DNA from: Trichoplax adhaerens | Taxonomy: Eukaryota; Animalia; Placozoa | DNA: 64,000 nucleotides | Direction: 5' to 3' | NCBI RefSeq assembly: GCF_000150275.1 | Contig: NW_002060948.1 | Span: forward strand, 3,175,183 to 3,239,182 | Shown: piece by piece, positions 52,171 through 64,000 of the stretch | Layout of the letters: every line of letters begins with the position of its first letter | Numbering within the stretch: position 1 is the first letter of the stretch | The notes under the pieces: generated by a model | Told to the model about the DNA's origin: nothing | The model's input: the letters and a program-made list of their open reading frames with translations, nothing else | The model's database searches: none | Translations under genes and position numbers: made by a program

Positions 52171-55100
52171 ACTGCAATGCTACATAAGAATACATCGACG
52201 AGGAAGCTATAAGACAGATTGTCTATAGCGGTTATACCAATTTAGAGAATCTTGCAGTTTATTACCAAGCACTATAATACAATACTCCACTAGTAAGACG
52301 AATATTGGATAAAAATTCTCGTATCTTGGACTGAAACGGCACCATTTGGTCTTAAGTCATTGAAAAATATAGAATAGGATTACGGCATCGAACAATGCTA
52401 TTCTGTGCTATATTATGCTAGAGTTAAATTGGAAATTATGTCGGAAATTTACAGTATACCGACAACCACAAATCACCTATTGGCATTCCTTGAACGCATA
52501 GTACTAGATTCAAAATTAACGTTTTAACAAACAATAGCATCGCTTGTTGCTAATCCTTTATGACTGAAGATAGACATAACGACTGATTTGAAAATGGAAG
52601 CAATTCGCCCAAACCTTTATCTCAACACTGGAAACTTTCGAAGCTATCTTTCAATTCTTTCCCTTGTTGACTTGCTTATTAATAAGTTACGGGTTATAAA
52701 TAAACAATGCTTAAACAGGTGTACACCAGCTCATTGTTATCAGGTCAGTCCATTAACTCAATTAAATTTAATAGCCGAAAATTCAATAAAATGGCGCTTA
52801 TAAAGTGAACACAATTGGTTAAACTAATACATTTTGCATTCTCGATTGAATAATTTAAATTACAATCTATCATTGAAATTAAAATGGCTTTCTTTATTTA
52901 ATGTTATGGCCTGGGTAATATATCTCACAACCCTTCTCGGACTAAGAACAGATTAAAACAACGATCTATTTTACTGTTATGTATAAAAGTTATTTTGTAT
53001 ATAGGCAATTTCCTTCCATTCTACGTTGAGTTTATTATCTTTATATCGTGGTGAAAGGAGTCATTTCATTGCGTCTTATTAATTATCTACGCGTTTATTC
53101 TGTATTCGTATAGTAGTTACCTTTGACTGTGATGAAATGGATTACTTCATGTCTCTTTATGCATATCCTGTTTTCCGATGGGTCTAATTTTCGCTGAGAT
53201 AGTATAGATCATTTTATGCCTATTGCCCGTATTCTTCCCTCTAATAATTTGCCTTGTTGCTATAATAGGATGGGATAATTTTATATCTTGGGTTATGTTC
53301 CCTTTATAAAGTTCCATCTTATAGTAATAATTCTCCTTTTAATGTTTCAATCCTTTTAAGACCCGTTTAGCAACACTCTATCTGTGAAAGGTTACCATTT
53401 TTAGACGAAGTATTGCTAATTTTTATTTTCTTTTCATAAAACGATGGTGGATAAATTAGTTAAAAGAAATGGAAGAGAGCTGAATAAACACGACGTTAAA
53501 ATAATAATTTAATGGTATTATAATAGTGGAAAGCAACAATTGCTCTTGCATTCTTGATCTACCATGCAGGCGAAAATTGAATAGAAACGTTTAGAAAATA
53601 TTGACAATAATAATTAATACTGTAGAATTGATCTTTGGTCTTGATTGTTCTTACCTAGCCGATATCCTTTTATTAGGGCATTGGATCAAATTTTACTTTT
53701 AGCCAATTCATTGTCAATGATCGTGCTACCTCTTTTCAAATTTCTTGACCGACCTCCCTTATTCTTGCTTACGTTATAATTAATTGTTTAGATAGGATAG
53801 CATGACATTTATGAAGCACATGCTTAATCTGTCATCTTGTTAACTATTCTAACCTAATATAGTCCAATCTGGGGGTATATAAAAGTATTACTGACGTAGC
53901 GTAATTTTTTAACATTTTATCCTAACGAAGTTGGTCATCTGTAATAGGATTACATTTTCATCTTGAGCTTAGAATGCTTTCAAGTTAAGGCACGAAAGTT
54001 GAATTTTTCAAGTCTGGTAAGCTTTGTTGGTTATTATATTAATTTAATTTTAAAGTGTAATGTATACAAGTATAATTAAATCGAATCTTAATCTATTAAT
54101 CATGGTATTAATATTAGAAAATGCTTAAATTATGAGAGTAGTAAAATTCATCACCGTTTAATCATTGCTATTTGCTTTTGGATCAGTATGATTGCCAGCG
54201 CTCAATTTTGATCTAGCTTTTACGCGACTACAATAGTTACTGAAAAGGATGTTCATACATCCAGGCCAGCGTATGCCGTCGTTTTTTTTGATAAAATAAC
54301 CATATCAATATGCTCCAATGATCCTAGCATTTATACATTGAAATGTACTCACATCGGTGTAAAATTCGATTCTTTTTCTTTAACGCATCTGACTATTCTT
54401 GTCGTTTAAAACTTTTCTAGTACTGTAATCAATATAACAAGTTTCTGCTTACCCTAGAATGGACAATGTCGTCAACCACGATCACGATAGAGCGACAGAT
54501 GTTAATTCTTTACCAAAATTATTGGGAGAGGGAGAAAAGTGGAAGAGAAAATGATTTAAGAATATCATACAATAAGACATTAGGACGGAACTACTATCTA
54601 CTTGATCATGATCACACTGTAAATCTGTTAATTATCGTAGACATCAGAATTATCGATGCATCTATGATAAAATAATACATATACACTACAGTATGCCAAT
54701 CAAAAGTGGCTTATAGCGCTATGTGTAATGCAGTAGCTAGTAAATAGGTGATACTACTTCGCAGCGGTAGCAATTCTGTAATGAATATATCCATCTTGTC
54801 AATTCGAAGTAAAATTACACAGATAAGACAGTATTTCATGGTCTAAAACCACCGACATTACCATTATATGAAGTTACAAATGTTGAATTAATGCTAGAAC
54901 AGAAAGTACTCATGGGAATCTATTTTGATAACTACCCTGGAAAATAGACAATAGTGACAGCTATAGCCTCTCTTGCTATAGGAATCGAACGACAAATCAT
55001 CCATAGAGATACGCATCCATCACCGTAGATAGACTAGGGAAGTAATTTAGGCCCGGTATTTTTAAATTGATAACAGGATAAAGATCTTAAGTTGGTTACA

Positions 55101-55429
55101 AACCTATCTCGTATCCAATAAATCCCTGTTAAATAGATGATAATTAATCCCTTGTATCAATATTGTACGCACACAACTTGACTTTTAAACCAGGAAAAAT
55201 GACTAGCAATCAATATTTTCAGATGATATCAAATAGTATTTTGTACAACTTTTAGAAAGCCATTCTGTGTCGAATAAATCAGTTTTAGATTGATAAGAAT
55301 CATTTTAGTGTACAGTAATGTACAACATAACTAGTAAATGAGTGCATGAAAGCAGACTACTCCAGAAACTACTCTTACGTGCTTGAATTTACGGTCTGTC
55401 GTCAGCTTGTTTAGGTAATTATCGAAATC

Positions 55430-56110
55430 AGGAAATAAAAATAATAAAGGATGCACAAACATAAAGTATTCAACACCTATTTCTCCCATTTAGAGTTCTA
55501 TAGTCTTCAAAATATCGTTAGAACAACTTTATAATTATCATTACCACAGCGATGGACAATCGTGTTCTAATCCTGCCTTTTTTAATCGAATTGAATAAAT
55601 AAATTTTTTCTAATGGAGAATAGTCTTAATTTTCCTTTTACAACGAATATTAAAAATGACCAAGTCTATATGGATATAAAGTATTTTAGATAGTCTTTTG
55701 GTTTTAGAGAGCCATAATCTTAAAAAAATAGAGGATACTTATATTTCCTTTTTGATCTACTATTAAAATGATAAAGAATGCAAGGAACATAAAGTATTCA
55801 AAAAATATGATCTCAAATGTATCTTTAGAGTAACTGTTAGTAAATATATAGCATTAGAGCATTAGATAACTATCTATTCATTCTAGCTATAAATCTAATA
55901 TGATTCATAAAGTATAAAAATAGAGAGTACTATGACTTCCGCTTTAAATTCTAGTATTAAAATATTCGAGAATGCACGGATATTTTTAGAGTTTAACTCC
56001 TTTAATTAAGATAGTTGTGATCTCAATGGTAAATAGAGAATACCATAATTTACTTTTCAGTCAAGCAATAAATTAATCAAGGATTCAAAAACACTATGAA
56101 CTAGAAGATA
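55430..56110. repeat. Degenerate tandem repeat, ~5 copies of a ~75-bp core at irregular spacing
   Basis: Core like AAATAGAGAATAC...TATTAAAAT...GAATGCA...ACATAAAGTATTC at ~55440 (partial), 55610, 55726, 55918, 56031. Confidence 0.65.
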
Positions 56111-58065
56111 TATCTTTGAAACAATTCTCAATTGATCATTATACAATTAACATTAATGGCAAATGTAATATTAATGCTGCCTACTAATCTAAACATGATA
56201 TAAATATACCGTACCAATAGAGGATAAATTACTTAAATTTATCTTACTATCTAATATCAAAACGACCAAAAATGTGCCCCTATAGCGAATTCACGGTATC
56301 GCCTTTGCTTAGAGCGTGATCCTAAAAGATGCAGTGGAAACAACTCCAGTAATTATACGATATACCAGTAATAGCTGATGATATTATTGCCGACCAAAAC
56401 TAACATGAAAAATAAAACTGAAGACATCGTAATTCTCCTCCAAGTTCACTATTAAAAAAAATATTTAAGAAAATGTATAAACGCAAAACATTCAAGATAC
56501 GACGCTAGAATGATTTATTTTATTTGAGAAAGATGATATGACAAATAAAATAATTGACGGTGAATATCTACGGATCACTGCTTTCTTAGTAGTTATAAGA
56601 ACAATTCTAGAGAAATAGTGAATAATGCTATCAATCACTACACGACAAGAAAGTACTGAAAAATAGATTATTTCTTCTATAATCGCACCATAAGCTATTG
56701 TTTTTAAACGATAAACACTAAACAGAATTGCGTTCATATAAATTCCTTAATAGAAGCTTATTGGTCATCAAATTTTATTACAAATCAATATATACAAAAT
56801 TGATGATTAAGGTCAAAACTAATTAGTTACAACTTGTAATGTAAAGGAGAATAGTATTGAATCACGACTATGTATGTAAATACTATCTTGAAGTCAATTT
56901 GAAATATGTTAATAGCCTTCTCAATAAGTCTCCTTTGCTAGTAGTTGAAACCGATAAAACATTTTTGATTTGGTTTACTTTAAACTTAAAATTTACATTA
57001 TTGGTTTGATTTTCGGTATTGAACTCGTGAAAAATTTCACACCTAAACCAAACATGATCAAGGGGGTAATTACAGTACGATAGAAGCGATATAAAAGATC
57101 ATAACAACTATTTCAAAAAATCTTGCTATGTTTATAGACTGTGTAATCAAAATTTTCTTAGTCACGTGTTGCATTTATCAATTATAATTATTGATTCCTT
57201 CGGTGACAGTTATTATTTTTGCAAGAACATAACATGCATTAATGATTGGTATGGCATAAAACTGATGTGTATAACAATCCACATTACTAGAGTAGCTCTC
57301 TTTCTTACAAGCATATAACGATATGAATCTATATGCTACGCCTATCCTTAAGACCGGTTTTGCTCTTCAGGCTATCTATTTAAAGATACACTTCTTTTCT
57401 TTATCAATTTATTTGATTTCTCAATTCTAAGAGCGTTACACGTATTAATAACTAGCAATAATCTGTATCAATCTAATAGCTTGTTTTTCCATCAAATGAG
57501 TCTCCGTAAATTTTTGGCATAGCCTCTAAGTCAACTTACTTAATTATTTGAATGCAAACCACATCTTTGAATCAGATTGATCAATTATATGCTTTCGACA
57601 GAAAAGTGTCTGCTGATTAATGGAATTACGGATCAATGTTGATATTTCTATTAATTATTATCGAGAGGCGTTCCTTTGGTTAAGACAGCAAATAAACTGT
57701 TGAAAACTCATACTAACAGAAATTTTACGACTTCCATCATTCAATATTGTGCATTGAAATTTAAAAAAATACGAATATAAGTAGCCATCTGTTGATTGTA
57801 TTGTTATAAAAATCAAATAAATTCAATATTTTCAATTGTTATTTGGTTGATTATCAGATAGCTAAGTCTAAGCGACAGGATCGTCAATATTCGAGCCACT
57901 GTTGTTAGTACTTTTCAATTATTATTGTAGAATATTCTATTTTACTGCCAAATTATCTTATATGAGCTCTGTTGAAATGGTTATTAACTACTTAATATTC
58001 ATAGCTAGCTTCACAATTAACCATGTTTGTTATTGTTAACATCAGCTAGCAACAGATTGCCTCTC

Positions 58066-61000
58066 ATGGAAGACCAAAAGGAAATTTCAATTCATGAAGA
58101 AAACCTATACGAATTTTTACGTTTTAGAGATCGGCGTGCACCACTGATTAATGGTCGTCAAGTCGTTGGTATATTATGGGATGCTGAAGTAAGCAATATA
58201 ATCTATTATAGACGGTCTACACATATTTGAAGTAGATATTAGAAGAAATAAAAAAATTATCATACCATGATTACTCTTATCTTGACATGTATATTATTTC
58301 CAAATAACATTTGACGATTATGTTTATCTGTAATAAGATCGGATTTAAATTTTCTGTTACAAATTTAGTTTATACTAAATCATACTAGTAGGCTATTAAG
58401 TACTTCTTGATCTACAGATGAACAAAGTCAACAGCAGAAAAATTAACCAAACAATGATTGTACTACTCTCACAGTAATGCAGTGCGTTCCTCCTTCATAG
58501 GTGCTATTTTATGAATTCTCTTATTTTTTCTATCCTTAACGGTAGAAATTTTTTAAGGCGCTAAAATTATTTAAGCTGTTAGAATTGATCATACTACTAA
58601 ATCATCATAATAGCTTCAGTAAGAAATACCATTTCGTTAGCGATCTATTTAGATGAATAGTATTTAACGTCTAGTAATGGATGTTATAGATACCTCTATG
58701 GTTTAAATTGGTTGCTTCCGTTGTAATTTTTTCCGCAGCATACTCTTAGTGGTAGAGCAGATAGTCTGAGACAGCACAATTTAATTCATTTCTATCAAAC
58801 AATAAGCATTGTAAATAATATTATACATATATTCGATTAATTTCTATTTTTTGTATGTCCTGTAAGTTAAACTCAAATACTTTAACTAAATATAGTTGAT
58901 TACAGCATGTGAAGATCTAAATGTAATAAATGTAAAACAATTTAGCTTTTAATTAAAATGTGATATAACTTTGCTCATTTTATAAAAAGAATTAGACTGA
59001 TGATGTGCTTTCTACGTACTGATATATTTGATGGCTAGAACTCCTTCTGCAAAACAGAATTAAATATTGCTTTCCTGATACTAAGCTACTAAATGAGATC
59101 TTTAAAGGGTTCTATCCATCCCAATTGATTTTACAATGCTTAGTATAAATTCCTTTAAATGCTTCACTACAAATGTGCTCTGAGAAAAGTTACGGTGCTA
59201 TAGGTTTAATTCTGTAAAAATGTTGTATGTTACTGATAATAGTGATAGCATTATTGCTATGACTAGCCAATAACAATATCGTACTCTGTAACTACCGGTA
59301 AAGATCAAGATTATATAACAACATACATGGAAATGGGTCTATAGTACTGTACGCATGTATCCTTTACATGAATAGCTTTATAAGTTCCTAAATCCTTAAA
59401 TCTTGTATAATGTATTTTAACATGGCTTTAACAGCTTTATTGCATTGCTTATTATGTTCACCCAGTATTATATCATAAAAGCTACGTCATATTTATATTA
59501 ATGTTCTTTCTAATTAATTTATCAGTTTATCGGTCGATTTCTTATTCATTGTCGACAGCAAAATCCACGCCAGTATATTAATGATAACATCGAAAGACTA
59601 CGGGTAAGAAAGCTTTTATACGACAAAGTCCTATGATTCATGATAACTTAATAACTGCTATTGTAGTTATTAGTACTAATTTTACAGCAATAAAATTAAC
59701 TAAAACATCTACTGCTACATTATCACTACAATTATTGTACAAGTATTTAGAGAAAATGCTTCAGCCTTATTCACATACTGGATACTACATTATGTAAATG
59801 AAAATACTTTTTAAATTGAACTAAAAATTCGCTGTCTGTATCTTAGAATACAGCTTCTAAACCCAATGAAATCCAACTTGGTATTTCTTTCGATCGAATT
59901 ATTGCTTACGACCATTATAAACAGGTGAGGAAAATATTATGTACAAAGTTTATATTTCTATGTACATGATATAGATATTACTAATACTCGATCAATATTT
60001 ATAACTATCTCAACAACGTTTTCTGAATCGGTGGGTATCCATGGCACACAAAACCGTAACTGGGAAACTACTCCTGTGCCACTACCTTATTTAAATATTC
60101 AAAGACATCAGTTTTAGACGCTGATTTATTAAATTTGCGTTACTGTACATGCAATCATTCAGAAAAATTGTTAACTCTTATAACAAGACACGAAAGAAGT
60201 GATTATGGAGAAACTTACGCATTGACAGCTCAATCTAAAACAGCAGTAAGTCTGGTAAAATGAAGTTATGTTCTTAATTTTAAATATTATCTACTCATAG
60301 ACAATTTCTATTCCGTATAACGACTTAATATCGCTAATAATTTACGTACATAGTACGAGTATATAACATTTTTACATGATTAATTCAATCCTATATCAAT
60401 TTTGCCTTAATTACAGCTTTATTATTAAAAATATCTAATAAATTATTTACATTAGATATTGCAGTACATCACAAATACAGTAACTAGCTTTATGCAGTCA
60501 TCCTGTTCATCATTATCACTTATGAAATTATTTGATATACAAGTAGTTGAAGTTGAAAATAATGTAAAAATTGAAATATAGATTTCATATATATTATACA
60601 TTCTAATATATGATTTCAAATATATTGGAGGAATCTTTATGAGGGGATTAAACCAAAAAGATTTTCAATTTTCATGATGTTATAGATTAAGAACATGGCT
60701 CGCTTAATTTCCAAAGCAATCAAGGATATTTATGAACGACTTGAAGAAGATACTGCTTATAAACCACCTAGTCCTTTGATATCAAATCGAAAATGGGTAA
60801 ATCTATAGTTCAAAATTTTTTCTTAAATGCTACCCTAATCTATTAATTACTTATACTCATTGCAAATATATTTTTAAAGAATGGGAATCAAAATCAGCTA
60901 TATATCTTGTCCACATACTTGATAATAGCTATTTGATTTTAATTACCTACTACAATATTATACCTAGTATCAATGAATTTTACCAATACACACATTATAT

Positions 61001-62975
61001 TATTATACATTTGTTATCTATGACTTTTTTTAAGGTAATAAACAAGTATGTACGTACTAGATTAGCTTTTCTAAAGTAATTTTAATTTTACATACTAATT
61101 TAAGTAATTATAATATGCCGTATATGATTATGATAGGTAGCAAATAAGAATTATCGATAACATAAATTTATTTTGCTTAACGTCCCGATACAGTAATAGC
61201 AGCTAATTTTACGGGATACCTTATTTACTAGCTTCGTTATAACGTCTTGAAATTCCTAATTAGCAATGGTATTATTTTGTAATCATAACGATAAAAACGT
61301 TTTATGATTGACTAATTAAATGCACTATTTTCCATTTTCATACCAATATGTAGCTAAAACATGGCATTAGATCATATCAGGACAAATCTATGATATTAAA
61401 ATCGAACCTTGACCCTAATTATCAAGTAAACGAATTAGCACCACGTCGACGCGCCATGTCTGCTTCATGCGCTACTTTATCCTCTAGGCCTAACAATATC
61501 ATGATTATTATCGATGAAGATGATATCGACTGTCCACCATTACCACCTCGAGATAATTTACTCAAACCAAGTTTAGATTCTATGCAAAGTCAAAAAATGT
61601 TTAACGAGTATCCTCCAATGCAGACCAAGTTTACTACAGCTGGATATTGTCGTGATCCGTCCCTTCCTCCACCACTACCACCGCGCAAGATATCCGCTGG
61701 TGACATCATCTTGACATCCAGCAGTGGTAAGTTGTAGCTATCTAAAGTCAGCCTATTATATTATTTTGATTGCAGAAATTTGTTATATTGATGTTTGGTC
61801 TGGTACCAATAGCTACTTCAATAACAATTTATAGTAACCGATAAATGTTACTATAAAGGAATATAATACAATCTATACTGAATTTAGGCTATATTATCTT
61901 CGTATTAAATGCCTTTCTATTAACATATTTAGTACCTTGTTGTTTATAAAATTTAATATTTTAATTGTAGCTGAAATTCAAGTAATACGATTATTGTTGT
62001 CAAATTTTTAATTCTGTCGATAGGAGCAATTCAAGCTTTAATTCATCAAAGTTCTACAGATCGAAATAACACAAGTGGTATGGAAAATTTAAGCGAAGAT
62101 AACATTGATCAAAACCCTTCAAATGATAGCAATAATAGGGATAACAGGTGATTGTCCAGTATAATTAATCTATATCGCGCTAATAACATCACATTTGCTA
62201 AGGATATTATGATGTTATGTAATAAATTCGTTATATACAGTAGTCAGTTGTGTTCCATAATACAGACATATAACACTAGCACGGTGCACTCAGAGATTAT
62301 TTTTTGATGGCTAATTTTGTTATTATATCACCTACTTTTAGAGCTCATAGCTCAAGGATATCCGAACAATTAGATAAAAATGCTTGGTTTAAGCCACACC
62401 TAACTCGGTAAATTTTATTAGTTGGTAATAAATTTATGGTACTTTAGACAATTTTTGATCATTGAGTTGGTTATATTTTTTGTTATCAATTAAAATGCTC
62501 TAGATAGCATGTTATCGCACCACAAACTCGTATATAGTGTTCTCAGGATAGTATTTCTAAATAATAAAATCGTCAACTCTATAAGGATCAATTTTGATTA
62601 TCTATTTAGAAAGCAAACAGAAGCAAAATTACTTGAGTACGATCACATTGGGAGATTTCTTATCAGAAAAAGTAAAAGCGATCCACATAATTATGCTCTA
62701 TCACTTGTTGCTCCAAGCTCTAAACCGGATGATGAAGCTATGATCTATCATTATAAGATTCTAATGAACAATGGTCGACCTAATATAGAGGTTGTATTAA
62801 TATTTGCAATAGATAATGGTTTTATAGAAAGGTTATTATACATTGCATGCAGCATTTTACTAATTGTATACCTAATTGGCTATTATAGGGCTTTGACAAG
62901 ACGTTTGATAGCGTTCCAGACTTGGTTGAATACTATTCTAAAATACCTGACCTAGTTTGTGCGCTTAAGCCGTAA
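58066..62975 (+). CDS. PTB-proline-rich-SH2 adaptor protein, SH2D5-like (Shc-type architecture), 10 exons, ~453 aa
   Basis: Phase-consistent exons 58066-58188, 59526-59603, 59847-59924, 60105-60245, 60686-60796, 61354-61726, 62024-62147, 62342-62407, 62610-62790, 62889-62975. PTB-like AEFIGRF..IERLR..IQLGIS..LRYCTC..LLTLITR..MARLISKAI; two PPLPPR motifs; SH2 AWFKPHLTR..GRFLIRKS..YALSL..HYKI..FDSVPDLVEYYS. The exon 6 acceptor has an in-frame alternative at 61381. Confidence 0.85.
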
Positions 62976-64000
62976 TAGTTATTGTACTACAAATATATAA
63001 AATACATCTAAGTAGTATAATATTGTATTTCTTGATCGAAATGAGTTTGATGTTGATTTTGATTTATTTTCTGGCAAAGTTCATATTTATAATATTCTTT
63101 AATAGTACCATAGTTATTTGTCGAGAGTGTATTTTTCTTTCATGATTGAAGTTCATGATTTCATAGCCTAATTGCAATATACGAAGAAAAATGACAATGC
63201 TTTCCCCATTGAATCAAAACGATAATTATCCTTTACATGTAACCTAGACGTAATCGTAGACATGGCAGCTACATTGTCTATTGTGATATTTCGGAAGGTT
63301 GAGACTTCGGTATTAGTCGCAATAAAGTACAATAGAATAGTTAACGGAAGAGTAACCTTTATTGAGCTAGTGTACGAGAATAATCATGTAAGATTATCGT
63401 GCGAGTAACAACGTGATTAGTCGAATAACTATAGTAGTGTAGAATAGGTAAAGCGTGTAACGGTGTTAGCTTACCGTGTAACTACCAGAACTAACTAACG
63501 AAATAGACGAAAAAACATAGCTTTTATAATGTTAGCAGCACAGTAGGAGGAAATTATTTATAGACGCGAATGATTCATGAAAATAGGTTACCTCTATGTT
63601 AAGCTAGTGCTACGGTATAATCTAGCTAGAGTAGAGTACAAAATATTTCTACAGAGTAAATTGTTAAATATAGATCATACATATTTAAAGTTATGTTACA
63701 GTCTTAGAGTTATGCTACGGTCTAGTGAAAACTAGTACTTTTACTAAAAATAGGCTATACCACATTTAGAAGTAAACACCTCATCTATAACTAATGATTA
63801 AATAAGAATAAGAGCTACAATCTTGGGATAGTCACTCTTATCGATTATCGTATGCATTGGAAATCTGCTGACTTCTTGTAGATACCATAGTGTACTCTAT
63901 AAGGGTGAATGTCAGTCGATGCTTTCTGATAACATTTTGAGTCTATTTTCGTACAATAAAGTATCAGATAATACAAATTTATATTTGCTGCTAAGTATTA

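Noticed and set aside
49068-56737. Short ORFs at 49068, 52588, 54466 and 56492
   Set aside because: No recognisable motifs or phase-consistent exon chains; expected by chance in AT-rich DNA.

Overview
AT-rich, compact, intron-dense animal genomic DNA; the short GT-AG introns, metazoan gene set and pervasive ACAGT/GTAC pentamer tracts suggest a placozoan such as Trichoplax (inference, not verified). The ORF track shows only exon fragments, so I spliced the genes by hand. In order: a CpG-rich satellite with higher-order structure and an assembly gap (1-2.1 kb); AGXT (minus, 11 exons, 399 aa); a four-copy array of chloroquine-resistance-transporter-like (CRT-like, DMT superfamily) genes arranged as two minus then two plus copies (two intact, one with a single frameshift, one truncated pseudogene); a full-length PLOD/LH3-type lysyl hydroxylase-glycosyltransferase (22 exons); a structured intergenic region with a ~100 bp palindrome and a dispersed copy of the satellite module; MTOR (about 64 coding exons); ~11 kb with no confident gene but two degenerate tandem arrays; and a PTB-proline-rich-SH2 adaptor most like SH2D5 (10 exons, ~453 aa). 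The best candidates for new biology are the birth-and-death CRT-like array with differing lysosomal sorting motifs, the SH2D5-like adaptor that keeps the phosphotyrosine-binding arginine, and the PLOD-MTOR-SH2D5 linkage that mirrors human 1p36. Comparisons to human proteins are from memory and need alignment to confirm.
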